Shown here piece by piece: positions 1 to 12,330 of a stretch of 64,000 bases of DNA. This DNA is from Camelus ferus (Eukaryota). The notes beneath the pieces were generated by a model, which saw only the letters and a program-made list of their open reading frames with translations, was not told the origin of the DNA and did not search any database. Within the stretch, counting starts at the first letter, position 1; each line of letters begins with the position of its first letter. The position numbers and the translations under genes were made by a program. Where the stretch lies: NCBI RefSeq assembly GCF_009834535.1, contig NC_045696.1:91142001-91206000 (forward strand), read 5' to 3'.

Positions 1-45
1 ATTGTAGTTTTGATTTGTATTTCTGTGGTGATTAGCAATATTGCC
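1..45 (-). mobile_element. LINE-1 fragment cut by the window start
   Basis: attgtagttttgatttgtatttctgtggtgattag matches the antisense ORF2 text at 60521-60555. Confidence 0.65.
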
Positions 46-839
46 CTGCTCTCCTCTGCTCTCCTTTGCCTGATTCTTTCTATACTTGGATATCTATTCC
101 CTCTGACTTTCTTTCCTTTCCTCTATTTCCTGGTTTCATTCTTTCTTATTAGTATCTGGAGCTTGGTCTCTTCTTATCTTTTGGTTCTCCTTATCTTTTT
201 ATTACCAAATGCAGTTTTATTTCTGGTGCGTGCTCTCTCTCTCTCCCTCCCTCCCTTCCTTCTTTCTACCCTCCCTTCCCACCCTCTGTCTCTTTTTGTG
301 CTTTTCATTCATGAGAGACAGCAGGTAGAATGGGTGACCTTGGGGGTCTTTGCTCTTTTAAAATAATCTGAGAATTTTGACCACAAAGCATCCTTGTTTA
401 ATTTAGCATAATGTGTAAAGTATCGCAGGGGTGATGGCTAGGGAATGGTTTCCTGTCTATGGAAGCCCCACCTAGGATAGAGCAGACGCTCCCCTGCCCC
501 CTTTGAAACACAGCACAGCTACCTTTCACCCCAGCTCAGCTCCAGCCAGAGCTATGACTCACGGTGATTCCCGTGAGTCAGAGCCATCATTGGGAACCCA
601 GTGGTGGACTTGTATTGCTTGGCTGCTTTTACACAAACCAAAGAGCAACATTCTATTTGAGCCTGGACTCTTCCACCTGCATTTCTACTGTAAGTTAACT
701 TGTATCTTGAAGAGATTTGTGGGGGAGTTCTAGCCCTCTAGCTCAGCCTAGTTCCTAACTAGATTTTTAGCTAAATTCAAGCCCATCTCTCCCACCTAAT
801 TCGTTCTGTCTTAGTCTTTCCCCCCAAAATCATGATTTC

Positions 840-1140
840 TTTATGCATTTGCTGCTGGTCTTCTCTTTTATCTCATACTATTGAAACCCTTCTCACTCTT
901 CACTCCCATCTCCTCTGTGAGGCCTTCTTCAGTCCTCAACTGGGATGAATGCCTCCCTCAGTCCTGTGCTTTCATAGGTCCCTACCTGTGTTTCTGATAT
1001 GTATTCTCACAGTCTATCTTGGATTATAGTCAGATATACCTCAGGAGACAGAGAGAAATGTGAAGGCAGAAACAATGTCTTTTTAATCTTTACTGTGCCT
1101 AGGACCATACTTGAGTAAACGGTCGTTGAATTGACTTGAA
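840..1140 (+). mobile_element. L2 3' fragment
   Basis: catctcctctgtgaggccttc ... gaaggcagaaacaatgtct ... gttgaattga. Confidence 0.55.
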
Positions 1141-1229
1141 GAGTGATCAGTGAGAACATTTATCAATAATCTCCTTAATTTTCATGCCTAATAAAGATTG
1201 CCTTTGATATATTTAATCATGTTCACAAC

Positions 1230-1385
1230 AATCATTAGTATATCTGTTTTATATTATGGGTTTTAATCCTACCATGAATCCTGTAAGAGAGTAAATTATC
1301 TCCATCTCATAGAGGAGGATGAATTCACATCATGGAACTAGCACTCTAATCCTGGCCACTGGTCCCTGAAGTCCCTGCCCTTTCC
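1230..1385 (-). mobile_element. MIR fragment
   Basis: ttaatcctacca..cctgtaagagagta..attatctccat. Confidence 0.5.
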
Positions 1386-2309
1386 ACTTTATCCTGAGGC
1401 ATATTGTGATGGTCGGCACTTCCCTGAAGCCATTGCACTCTCCATGATTCTCAGCCACACCATCTTCTCCCAGGAGAATGCCTTAGATAGGATGGGCACA
1501 TTGGTTGGTCCTTTTCTGGCGGAGCAGAACCCACCAGTCCCTTTGTCCAAGGCTCCTGGGTAGGGTTCCTCATGCTGTCTGGCTGAGAGCATCACGACCA
1601 TTTACTTGGAAAGATCATAGCCCTTGTTTGCATACAGCTCCCACTCTCAGCCTGCTTTGGGGCAAAAGCCTGCTTTGATCTGTATGCAGGCCTGGGAGGT
1701 TATGGCCCTAATTTATTCATGCATAACAATCTGAATTTCCTTTTCATTTGGGGAAAAGTGTAATCATTTCAAAACTTTCATAATGCTGAAATTCTTAAAG
1801 CTCTGATTGAATCTTATTTTTATTAAGTCTGGTCAGGGTGATCTATGGATAGTGCTGAAACAAAAGATAATGAAAAAGTCTTTCTTTTAAATTACTGAAG
1901 AAGATTTTTGTTAGAAGAGGTGTTCTTGTCATCAGGCAAGGTTTTAGGAAAAAAAAATTTATAATAAGCAGTGGAGTGTCAACAAACTCTTCATCAGAAT
2001 CTGTTTTTTTTTTCCTACATGAATGCATCAGCTTACTAATTCACCCCATTCTATGGAAATGTCATATAAATTGAAGGAGAATAAAAAGTGTGAGGGAGAC
2101 CATGGATATGAAAGCACTTTGTAAATAGCAACGTGCTTTATGACTGTGACATGTTATTATAACTTGACTTCTGCAATTCCCTTCCCCATGGTTATAAAGT
2201 ATTAGAGGTCCCTTGACTCCTGTCAGATGCCTTTTTAATGATCTTTAAGCCTATTCCTGAAGGCAGGACAGTGATACTGGCAGGAAAAGTGCTTAATAAT
2301 TTGTTTATG

Positions 2310-2950
2310 GTAAAATGCTATCCTAATTAGGAGATCTCATTAATTTCAATAAGGTATCACTCTGGCTTTTTCTCTCACCTCCCATAGTCAATCAGCAAAG
2401 CAAGTCCTATTGCCTTTGCCAGTGAGATCTCTCTCTTACCTATTTGCTTTGTCCCCACTGCCACCACCTGAGTCTGTGACCACTCATGCCACACCTGGGC
2501 AGCAGCATTCACGCCCTCCTAGAATCCACCTCCCATGGAGCCAGAGGAATCTTTTAGGAGTCATGGTAGGTCCCCTCTAGCTTCAAACTCTGCAGCAGTT
2601 TCCTCAGCATGGCCTGCCAGACCCCACGAGGTCCAGCCTTGTTTGCTCTCAACTTGTACTATCTCCATCTCCCATGCTGGCCTTATTTTTTGATCCTTCA
2701 AATGCTTGAAGCTTCTTTCTGCCTCAGGCTTGGCCTCTGCCTGGTATCCCCAGCCTCCCTTACCATAGTTGCTTTCAGCTCTTACTTTCTGACATTATCT
2801 TAGGTATGTGATTATTGATCTATCATTCATCTCTTCCTGCTCAAATATATGTTCCATGAGGGCAGGGACTGCCTCTACATTTTTTCTCTGCTGTTTCTCC
2901 AGAGCCTGGCACAGAAGAAGCTCTCATTTATCTGCTGAGCAAATGAGTGC
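2310..2950 (+). mobile_element. L2 3' fragment
   Basis: caatcagcaaagcaagtcctatt, gttccatgagggcagggact and ccagagcctggcacag. Confidence 0.7.
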
Positions 2951-3819
2951 TAACTAAAGGCAGAAACTATTGACTGAGGATAAAAAAAGAAGAGGGAATC
3001 TTCCAATAAGGTGATTTGGAGTATGCTGATAGTATGTGGAAACAACTAGTAAAATTCAATTCAATGGAGAAAAATAATCAAAATAACTATTTTTCACTAA
3101 TCAAAATGACCAGTTCAGGATGAATTCAGTTATAAAAAGTAATTTGCTTTTGATAAAATAACAGCAGGTGCTATAGAGCTCTACAGCTATTCATATCTTT
3201 TGGTTAAATAAGCCAGAACTGCTTATTATTCTTGGAATCCTCTATTCTCATCAAAGTTTTACAAAGGGAACAACTACAGAATATAGATATCCTACTTTTC
3301 CAGAAAGTAATTGTTTCTGGAGAAATTCCTGATGACCAGTCTGGGAGGTCTGTGATTATGATTTTATTCTTTTCATGTACCTTATTCATTCACTTTAGTG
3401 TGTGTTGTCTCAGAATGTGTTGAATCACACATATTTTTGTGCGCCTTCTGTGTACCAGCCTCTTGCCTTGGCATTGGAGGGCGTGTGGCAACCAGACAGA
3501 TATCATTCCTGCTATGGAAAAGGTTGGCTAACAACTTCCCTCAGTAGGAATTTAAGATGAACACACCTGTTACGTGCTGTCAATGTTGCCACCTCTGCAG
3601 AGTTTCAAGGAAGCTGGAAAGTGATGGTAGTTTAGCCTGAAGTTTCCAAGAAAAGCATTATGTCCTGATGAAGACCCAGTAGGAGAGTGTCTGTGAAAAA
3701 GAAAGGCAGATAGGTCAACCGTTTTTAAAATTAACTTCATAGTTCAGCCATGACAACAGTCACGCTCCTGATAAAAGCCTGCCAAGGGAGACAAAGTTTG
3801 GGCACATTCAAAGTCTTTT

Positions 3820-4024
3820 TTTTTTTTTTTTAATAAATATTGCTCGGTTTTTAAAAAAACTTTCTAAAAGCTATTTTTTAATTTAATTTTGTTTTTCACG
3901 GGGGTTGCGGGGTGGGGTGTGGCACAGGATTAGGTTTTTTTACTAAATGGAGGTGCTGGGGATTGAACCCAGGACTTTGTGCATGCTAAGCACGCACCCT
4001 ACCACTGAGTTATACACAGTTCCC
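3820..4024 (-). mobile_element. tRNA-derived SINE (camelid Vic-1-like) with poly(A) tail
   Basis: Minus strand has A box TAACTCAGTGG and B box GGTTCAATCC plus a poly(A) tail. 13-bp TSD with one mismatch: TTCAAAGTCTTTT (3807-3819) and TTCAGAGTCTTTT (4025-4037). Confidence 0.88.
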
Positions 4025-4499
4025 TTCAGAGTCTTTTCAAACTCTTTGGGTTCCATGTCTAAATCCAGATTTGGGCCTTTTCAGTGTTGTATCTAGTCAC
4101 TGCCACAGAAACACCTAGTGAAAAGATAAATGAGCTTATAGGGTTTGGGGTTAGACAGCAAATAACTGGAAGTAAATTGTATTTTGTTGAATTTCAAAAT
4201 GGCTCAGAAACAATTGGACCATATTTTCCTCAAAATTAACATCAGTAAAAAAGATTAAGCAAAATAAAACCCTCCTGGGCAAAAAAAGTATTGTAACTGG
4301 GATTTGTTCAAACGAGACTTCTTCCAATTCTTCCATCCTTGGTTGACAAAGACATAAACTTGGGAGTGTTGGCAGGTTTTAAGCCTTTAAGATTACTGCA
4401 AAATCAAAGTTCCAAGTTTTAGAAGTGTTTAAAGAGGCTTTTTTTCTTGACATTTCTAATTTCTGCTAAGTATTGAAATATACCACCCATGTAATAATT

Positions 4500-4650
4500 A
4501 TAGGTCATAGAATTTCATTGCTGGAAGGAATGCTGGAGACAATTTAGTCTAGTCCACGCATTTCTCCAGAGGTGAAAACTGAGACTCCGGGAGGCAAATG
4601 GACTTGCTCAAGGTTATGTGCAAACCTGGAGCAGAACTGGGATCTGAATT
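4500..4650 (-). mobile_element. MIR/MIR3 fragment
   Basis: gaaaactgagactc..gacttgctcaaggtta..gcagaactggga. Confidence 0.65.
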
Positions 4651-5933
4651 TTTTTTATCTTATGGAAATGCCCAATACTGGACAGGTCCAGCCTCACTTT
4701 TCTATTTATGGAGCTCTGTAAAGTCCCTGAAATTCTGGTGTACTAAAACAACTTAAGACAATCATGGTCACAGTCTTGCTTTTTTTCCTCTGAGATGTGG
4801 CATTTCAGAGGTAATGGGCACTGAAGATGCTCATTAAAAATGGAATGTAAAGAAGATTTAGGGAGCAGGAACCAGAAAGAATCAGTGTGTGGCATGAACA
4901 CACTGTGGTCAGGGACCCATTCCTTCACTCTGACGTTCTTCACCCTGCTGACACCAACTCTATTCATGGTTGAGTCTTGAAGCCCACATATCCCCCTTGC
5001 CTCATGGGAGGTAGCCCTCTGCCCTGAGCCGAGGTGGCCAAATGAGTGAAGCACCTTTGAGAACAGCTTCTTTCATGAGAAGAGCATGTCCTTTTAGGGC
5101 CTCTTAGTTTCCAACTTCATTGCATGCTCCCAGCAACTAGGAGCTAAGTTACACTGAACTATAAGAATGAAAAGCAGAGGAAGGGCACCTTCTGTCACAA
5201 TGGGGCTGCTCTAAGCTCTGTGATGGGTGTTAGTCATCAGCTTTCTTTGAATGCCAGAATGACACCACACAAATAGAAAGAAGGACGCTGTACACTTTTA
5301 ATACAAACTGACACTTATTTCTTTCTCTTTCATCTTTTTTTGAATATAGGAAGGTGTGGATACAGATTCCTGTGGCCTATGCCTCCCCGCTCCTCCCTTA
5401 AATGCAACTGTGTCCAGACAGGGAGGGGTATGGATATAAATGAGAATTTAAAAGGTACCGAGTGAGGGGGAATTTTTGTAGGGAAGAATCTGGAAGTGTT
5501 GTCTGAGGGGTGATGGTCTGACTCAGCCCTTTGAAAATACGTAGGGGTTACCTATGTGCCACCAAAGTTTTTGTTTTTTCACACTGCTTTAACCATTTGA
5601 GACAAATGGTCACCTTTGCTTCACCCACCCTCAACACACACACGGCTTACAACAATATTTCCTGAGGTTGTGAACTCCTCAGTTTTTACAAGCTAAGAAC
5701 TTCAGCTAGTTGGTAGTTGGAAGACAGATCTGTAGGGAGTAAGTAGCATTAATTATCAGTAGGCCATATCCCTTTCCAGAGTGTTCCAGCTACTTTTGGC
5801 CTAGGACTGAAAAAATTATTATTTAAACTTCCCTTGGAGAAACTATTAAATTATATTTTATTAATTAGTGTCCACTTCAATTTGAGTCCATACCCAGGGA
5901 AATTTGGTTTTGCTCTTAAGTAACAGCAATACA

Positions 5934-5985
5934 TAATGATAATAAAATAATGTTTTAGTTTATTAATGATAATAAAATAATGTTT
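5934..5985. repeat. 22-bp direct repeat with 30-bp period
   Basis: TAATGATAATAAAATAATGTTT at 5934-5955 and 5964-5985. Confidence 0.9.
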
Positions 5986-8243
5986 ACTGTAAAAATTGCT
6001 TACATCTGTTGGCTTATATGTTGCCTTATACCTTCCAGATACCTTCCTTAAACCTTCCAGAATACTTCACTAATTAGCTTTTTTTGTGATGACCACGTGG
6101 AGAGCCATCATTTTTCACAATATTCTGAGCTGATGATGAAAACATTTATATGTATGGGATACTAGTTACTGATAATACCAACAATGCTGAATTCACTTGT
6201 CTTAGGTGAAAAGCCACAAGAGAAGTTTCTATTTTCAATGAAGTTTATCTGTCTGATATTTTTCTTGTGTTCAAAAGGGAGTGCACAAAGCCATTAGGGT
6301 GTCCCGAGTGTAGCTGGATGATGTAGATTCCATTTGTGGACTTGGTCAAGATCAGAGAATGTCTTCGTTTCCTGCGGCTTAGAAACACAGTTGTTAATAT
6401 AGTTATTCTATCTGGTATTTAGATCCTGGACTTCGCACAGATGCACATCAAGGAGAAAAGAGGCCCTTTCTATGATAGATTTGCAGAATGACTTCAGATA
6501 TTTTGACTGGAGAGCTGCAGAACAGAATGAAAACAGTGCAAGTCATGATCTCCTTTGCTGCCTTCCAGAATCCACTGGGCTCTGTAATTGTTAGTTTTCT
6601 ATTAGAATATCATGCTGTGGTCCATATCCAGTGTGGTTTGGCTTTATTATCCCCTTTAAGGTCTTGTTAATGTTTAGTTGACTTATTTTATATTTTGGGA
6701 GACCCAGTAATATCTCCTACTGGCATCTTTCATCTAAAGTAGAAAGAAAGAGTTGCTGAGAATGACCTTTTTAAAAAAAAAAAAAGAATTGTTTCATATA
6801 AAAAATTTTCATAGAAATACATGTAATAACCACATACAGAGTTTTGAATTTTTTTCTTGCAAGCCCATCCTCACTGTCTGTGGAGAGCATCAGAAGTGTT
6901 TTACGGCACTTGATCTATGGGATTGCCGTGGTACCCATACATCCTTTTGATAAGGGATGCTGTAGCCTCTGGAAACTGGGGAAGTTGAGGTGCTGTCAGC
7001 TCCTTCCACTGAAGTACTCTAGACAGAGCACCTGCAGGATTGTTGGGAGAAGGGATATACATTGGGATAGAGGATGATTTTTGCTCCTTACTGATTTCCC
7101 TCTTCTCTCCCTGACTATGAAAGTCCTGTCCCTGAGGAAGCCAATGTCATGTGCCCAAATGTATCTGGAGAGTCACTTACCTCTAATTTTTCCAGAGAGT
7201 CCTTTCTCTGGGGTTAATTTTAGCTATGTCCAGAGATATACTTGAAAGTCAATATTACTCAGATTTTTCAGGTTGCCTAATGATGGCTGGGGAGGTGGTG
7301 AAAAGGATAATATGTGCTTGTGTCAACCACCATCACTGACCTGGAGAGAGACAAAGAGCCCTTCTCCAGATTTTCTGCTTTTACTTGAAATTCTAAGTTT
7401 ACTTCTCCAAGCTGTGCAGTGGTGGGGCCCTCAGATGGCTCCTCCCTGCCCCCCCCCAATCTCACCCCACCTAAAGAGTAGCAGCACCAAAGAATTGGCC
7501 ACAGTGGCCCAGGGCATTCCCTTAAAGCTTGCCTTGCTTCTTTGTGCACACTCAGAAAATGGGTGGTGCCAACAGTTTGCTTCTTTCCTCATTTCATGCC
7601 CCCCCCCCCCCTTTTTGTTTGTGGAGTGGTCTTCCTGCTGTTCTTTACCACTGCCACTTGTGTGAGCATTACTGGAGTGTACTCATAGGTGGTTGTCCTG
7701 TTTAGTCCTCACCCCATGAGTAGGGAGCAGCTTGTCCTCTGTAGGAGGTGGTCATCCAGGCTTCAGTCCTGGGGAAGAGGCCTCACCTGAGACTGGACAC
7801 CAGAGTACTGGATACTACCTCTTCTGTAGTTTGCCCTCTGGGGTTTCCTCTCTTAGTTGCTGAGATGTTTTGGAATGTGCTCTGTGATAGTGGGTACCAA
7901 GATGGCGTCCACTACGAGGTGGCAGACACAGGGCTGGAGTGGGACGGGTCTTGAACCCAGGACAACAGGCCCTATTTTACAAGCTGAATGGATGACCTAG
8001 TTTCATATTTCTTTCTCAAGCTCTTTCCTTTAGTTTAAAAAAAATCCTTAGTATTTTCTTAAATGTCCTGGACAGGTCTCAGCTGGGCATTAAGGGGAAA
8101 ATTTGGGCAATAGCTCGTCTAGAGTGATAAAAGGGGCAGTGCCCCTTGGATTGGGGTTATGGTGGCAGCAGGAATTAGGGAGAAATATTCAAGATGGAAA
8201 GCAGGGGAGGGGATGAATCTAAATCAGTGTCGGGGCCTTGACA

Positions 8244-8257
8244 CTGCCCCCTGCTGG
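8244..8257 (-). promoter_or_regulatory. Candidate CTCF binding site
   Basis: Minus strand CCAGCAGGGGGCAG fully matches the CTCF core CCASYAGRKGGCRS. Motif evidence only. Confidence 0.5.
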
Positions 8258-9169
8258 AGGGAATTCTCTCCACATTAGAACATCTGACTAGTGTTTTCTT
8301 AGGAAGGAGGCAGCTTCCTAATAGCTCTTTGGTACTTTGTTTCTAGAGTGTTTGTTGTTGTTTATCTGGCTGGTTGATTTATTTGTTTCAAAGATACAAA
8401 GATACTTAGGCAGAGTTGAGCAACAATTGTTTCAACTTAACAGAACAGTCAGAGACACCTTGTTAGAAGCAGATCTCTATTTAATCTCTAGAAAGTGAAC
8501 CCTTGGCTTTATATGGTCATCATAAACAAGGATTTTTCTTTCTTAAAGACAAAAATTAAGGAAACAGGTGTTCTGTTGTTTGAAGATTAGGCAGTTCATG
8601 GTATCTATCAAATGACATCTGAAATAATGAATTCCAGGTGAAATGAATAGATAACCGAGCTTTTTCTCAGCATCTATAAATTTGACATCAATCACAAGAC
8701 TACTCCTGCCCAGCCTAGCAGTATGTGACATGTTACCAATGATGGTTAATTTCTAGGCCAGCAGAAATTATTTACCAACATGCTTCTTTGTCTGTGGTTT
8801 GAACTGAATCCACCACTTAAGTGAACCTGAAATAATCCAGCTGCACTGCACCACCTGTAGGACAGATATGTGCGGGTGCTGCCTGAAACCATGACCCAGT
8901 GTAGGTTTCTTTCTTAGAAACCTGATCATTTATTTTCCTTAACTTCTGAATTGAATGATTATAGCATTTTCAATACTCCTTTTTTTTTTTTTTGAGAACT
9001 TAATTATAATAACGCCTTCTAGATATAGCACGATGATTCAGAGTGTTGGAGCTGAATAGGTCTTGAATACTCTTAATTGACCAGAAAAAAAAAATTACTA
9101 ACACAGGTATTTACATTCACTGGCTTCTTTCTCTTTAAATTCACTTTTTCTATATTAATTTCCTATAGC

Positions 9170-9640
9170 TTCAATGAGATCTTACATTTGATGTTTTCAC
9201 AAGACTAGAAGCTCTCAGGTGATAGGACCATTCCTGCCTTGTTCACCACTGTTGTCTTGTAGTTTTTGCATGTAACACAGTACTTTGCAGACAGTAAGTC
9301 CTCAGCAGATATTTGCTGAATGAGTGAGTTCTTATAGCCTTTTCATCTGCCCCTTTTAAAGATATGTCTATAATGGCTTTAGTTCAAATGCCCCTTCTTT
9401 GTAGAGCTTCCCTTGACCTCCTAATATAAAATAACCAAATATTGGTTATTCTGTTTCATAGAAACCAGATTTTCTCCCTCTAAAGTACTTCTTGTATTGA
9501 TTTATCTATAATTTATTTATTCAGTGTGTGTCTCAACCATTTGATAGTTCTATGAGGACAAAGCCCAGGTCTGTTTTGTCCCACACTCGAGCACAGTGCC
9601 TGGTGTAGAGTGGTGCTTACTAAACAGCAGATGACTGGAC
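9170..9640 (+). mobile_element. Two adjacent L2 3'-end fragments
   Basis: agactagaagctc..cttgttcaccactg..atatttgctgaatgagtga, then ttcaaatgccccttc..agcacagtgcctgg. Confidence 0.65.
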
Positions 9641-9884
9641 TGAGAAGTGAGCATCGTGTACCCACAAGCATGTCTGCCGTGACAGTTCTTTGCTGGCCCT
9701 CTTTTATCCTGGAGCAATAAAAAGCAGTGAAGAATACCACAGAGTGGCCATAAGCGCTCTTATCTCAGCAAATTGTTAGAGGTAGAGTGGCCAAAAAGCA
9801 TAGGTTTTATCATACAGTAAATGTTAACTCCAGGGATATCAGTTTTGGGAATGAGAAGTTCTCTATTTCAACATATCATAATGT

Positions 9885-10112
9885 GGCCTAAGTCAGGACC
9901 TAGTTGCAATTCTGGCTTTAATAACAAACTGTGTAATCTTGGGCAAATTACACAACCTTTCTGAACCTCTTTTCCTAAGATGTAAATTTGGAACACAAAT
10001 AGTGCTTACTTCTCATGGTTATTTAAAAGATTAAACAAGATAATGTATGTAAAGTATATAGTTGAGTGCCTGGCACAGAATAAGGAATAAGTACTCAATA
10101 AAAGTTATTATT
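9885..10112 (+). mobile_element. MIR
   Basis: tgtgtaatcttgggcaaattacacaacctttctgaacctc ... gtgcctggcacag. Confidence 0.8.
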
Positions 10113-11648
10113 AAATTAATAATAACATTTGAAGTCCATCAGTGGGCCAGCAGTGTCCCAGGACTCAGTTAGGTTATAATTAAATATATTAAACAATGTC
10201 TAATGTTTGACTTCAGTGAGAGGAATTATTGCTTTGCTTTTAATGGCTATAAAATTCTACTTAGCTAAATAATGGAATCAGATGAATTCCCTACAGTCAA
10301 ATCTGGATTTAGTAAGATCTGGAAGGTTATGGCATAAGGCACACTGTCACTGCAGTTTAAAACATCTCTGTACCCCCAGTATTACAGTCATTTAATAGTA
10401 TGCTGGATGATCTTTTAAAATTTCTTTGATAAGAAGAAAATTCAACAACAAAAATAAGAGTTGAAAAGAAATCTATATCCATAACCTCACCAAAATGTAA
10501 TATAAACAATATCCTGTGATAACAAATAATTAGATAAATATCCTTTAAAAAAATACCCTTTTTAATCTCTTGTCAAAAGTATATTATAAATATATTAAAC
10601 TTTTTCCTTATTGAAAAATAAATATAACCTTTGAATATACATGTTTAAAAATGTTTAGTCTTATTGACATGACACAATAATATATATGTAGCAATTTAGA
10701 TAATTTCCAGTGATAGGTAAGACCTAAATTACAGGAACCAGAAACCTAATATTTCAAATTGAATAATCTTGCTAACCATTTATTAACCAGTCACTCATTT
10801 CAAGGGAACAAAGTCAATGGGTTTTTAAAAATTTCTTACTTATATTAATAGTTCTGTTATAATTTCCATTAAACCATATCAGAGTTCTTCTATATCACAA
10901 AGACTACAAAAGCTGGACATTTATTTCTTTATCAAATGTGTGTGATCCTCCTAATCCCTGTGTGTTTATATGGGGATCAGCAGAGACTCATACTACAGCA
11001 GTCAGCCTACAATTTTCTCATCACGCTTCAATTTGGACCAAAAAAAAAAGAAAAATACAATTCAGAAAAAAATTCTCACATTTCGTATGTGGCTGGTATA
11101 TTGTAGGATAGTTTTTTTCCATGTTACTCATGCCTTCAAGTATTTGACAGGATAAAGACTTTAGCAAGCCACTAATTTCTTGTGTTTGTCATCTCTTTCT
11201 TATTTAAGGGGTTGGCAGGGTGTGTGTTTAAGAAAAGAGGGTGTGAGCACTATAATTCTAGCTCACAGCTTCTGGGGCACGTTGGAGAAACCACCTCATG
11301 GTGCTCTTCCTTTCTATCTCTGAACACGAGATAAGAAGATTGTCTTCAGGGATGGCAGAGGGTAGTGAAACCAACAGCTGCCTTTACTGTTACTGTATTT
11401 GCTGCTATCCCCACCCTATCTTTTTGAAAAGGGTTATGAACTTAAGACATGGGCAAGAGTGACAGTAAAATTTGCCTTTTTAGATTAGGAAGACCTCCTT
11501 GATTGCTCTTGATTGTATTTTCATTCCATTAAAGACAATGCCAAGCAAATACTACCCTTAAAGATTATATATCAATATGCTTTCTGAAATTCTTTAATAT
11601 TGCATAGGTTTATGTTTGCACATCTCTTTTCCATAATCAATCTGTCAT

Positions 11649-11656
<8 letters not shown>

Positions 11657-11707
<51 letters not shown>
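11657..11707. repeat. (AC)25 microsatellite
   Basis: Directly visible perfect repeat. Confidence 0.97.
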
Positions 11708-11709
<2 letters not shown>

Positions 11710-11759
11710 TTCCCATTGGCACATGCATCTGAAAAACAAAACAAAAAGAACAACATAAT

Positions 11760-12330
11760 GCTCCTCAGATAATTCTAAATGTCTCCTTGCCTTATCCCAA
11801 CAAAACTCATGGAAAGAGTTGTTTATATTTTGTGCCTCCACTTCCTCATCTTTCTTTCCATACCCACCCAGCTTCATCCTGGCTTTTGCTCCCCATCATT
11901 CCATTGAATTGGCCCTTATCAAGGTCACTAATAACCTGCACAATAACTTGTATCTTGCTAAAGCCATTTGCCAACTTCCATTCTCATCTTACTCCATCTG
12001 TTAGTAGCAGCTGACCTTGCTGAATACACTCTCTTTTTTTAAGCATGCCCTCCTTGTAACACTCTTCTCTGGCTTCTGTGACACCATTCTCCTTGTATTC
12101 CCTAACTCAGGAAAGCCCTATTTCATCTCCATTGTTGGTTTTTCCTTTTCTACCAGGTATGTTATGGGCAAGAGCTCTGATCACAGCAGACTCCTCCATC
12201 TGCACTCTCTCCCACTTCATGGCGTTAATACCTGTGTACAACGGCACATCCCAAACATGCATCTTTAGTCCAGCTCTAGATTACTTATCCTACTGTCTAC
12301 TCAACATCTCCACTTGGATGTCTAAGAACT
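11760..12330 (+). mobile_element. L2 internal fragment
   Basis: atcaaggtcactaataacct, tggcttctgtgacacca and ctactcaacatctccacttggatgtct. Confidence 0.75.

Noticed and set aside
10..366. 118-aa hydrophobic ORF resembling a membrane protein
   Set aside because: TTG start; built from an antisense L1 scrap and pyrimidine-rich low-complexity DNA.
3945..4024. tRNA-like A and B boxes
   Set aside because: Head of a SINE with tail and TSD, not a tRNA gene.
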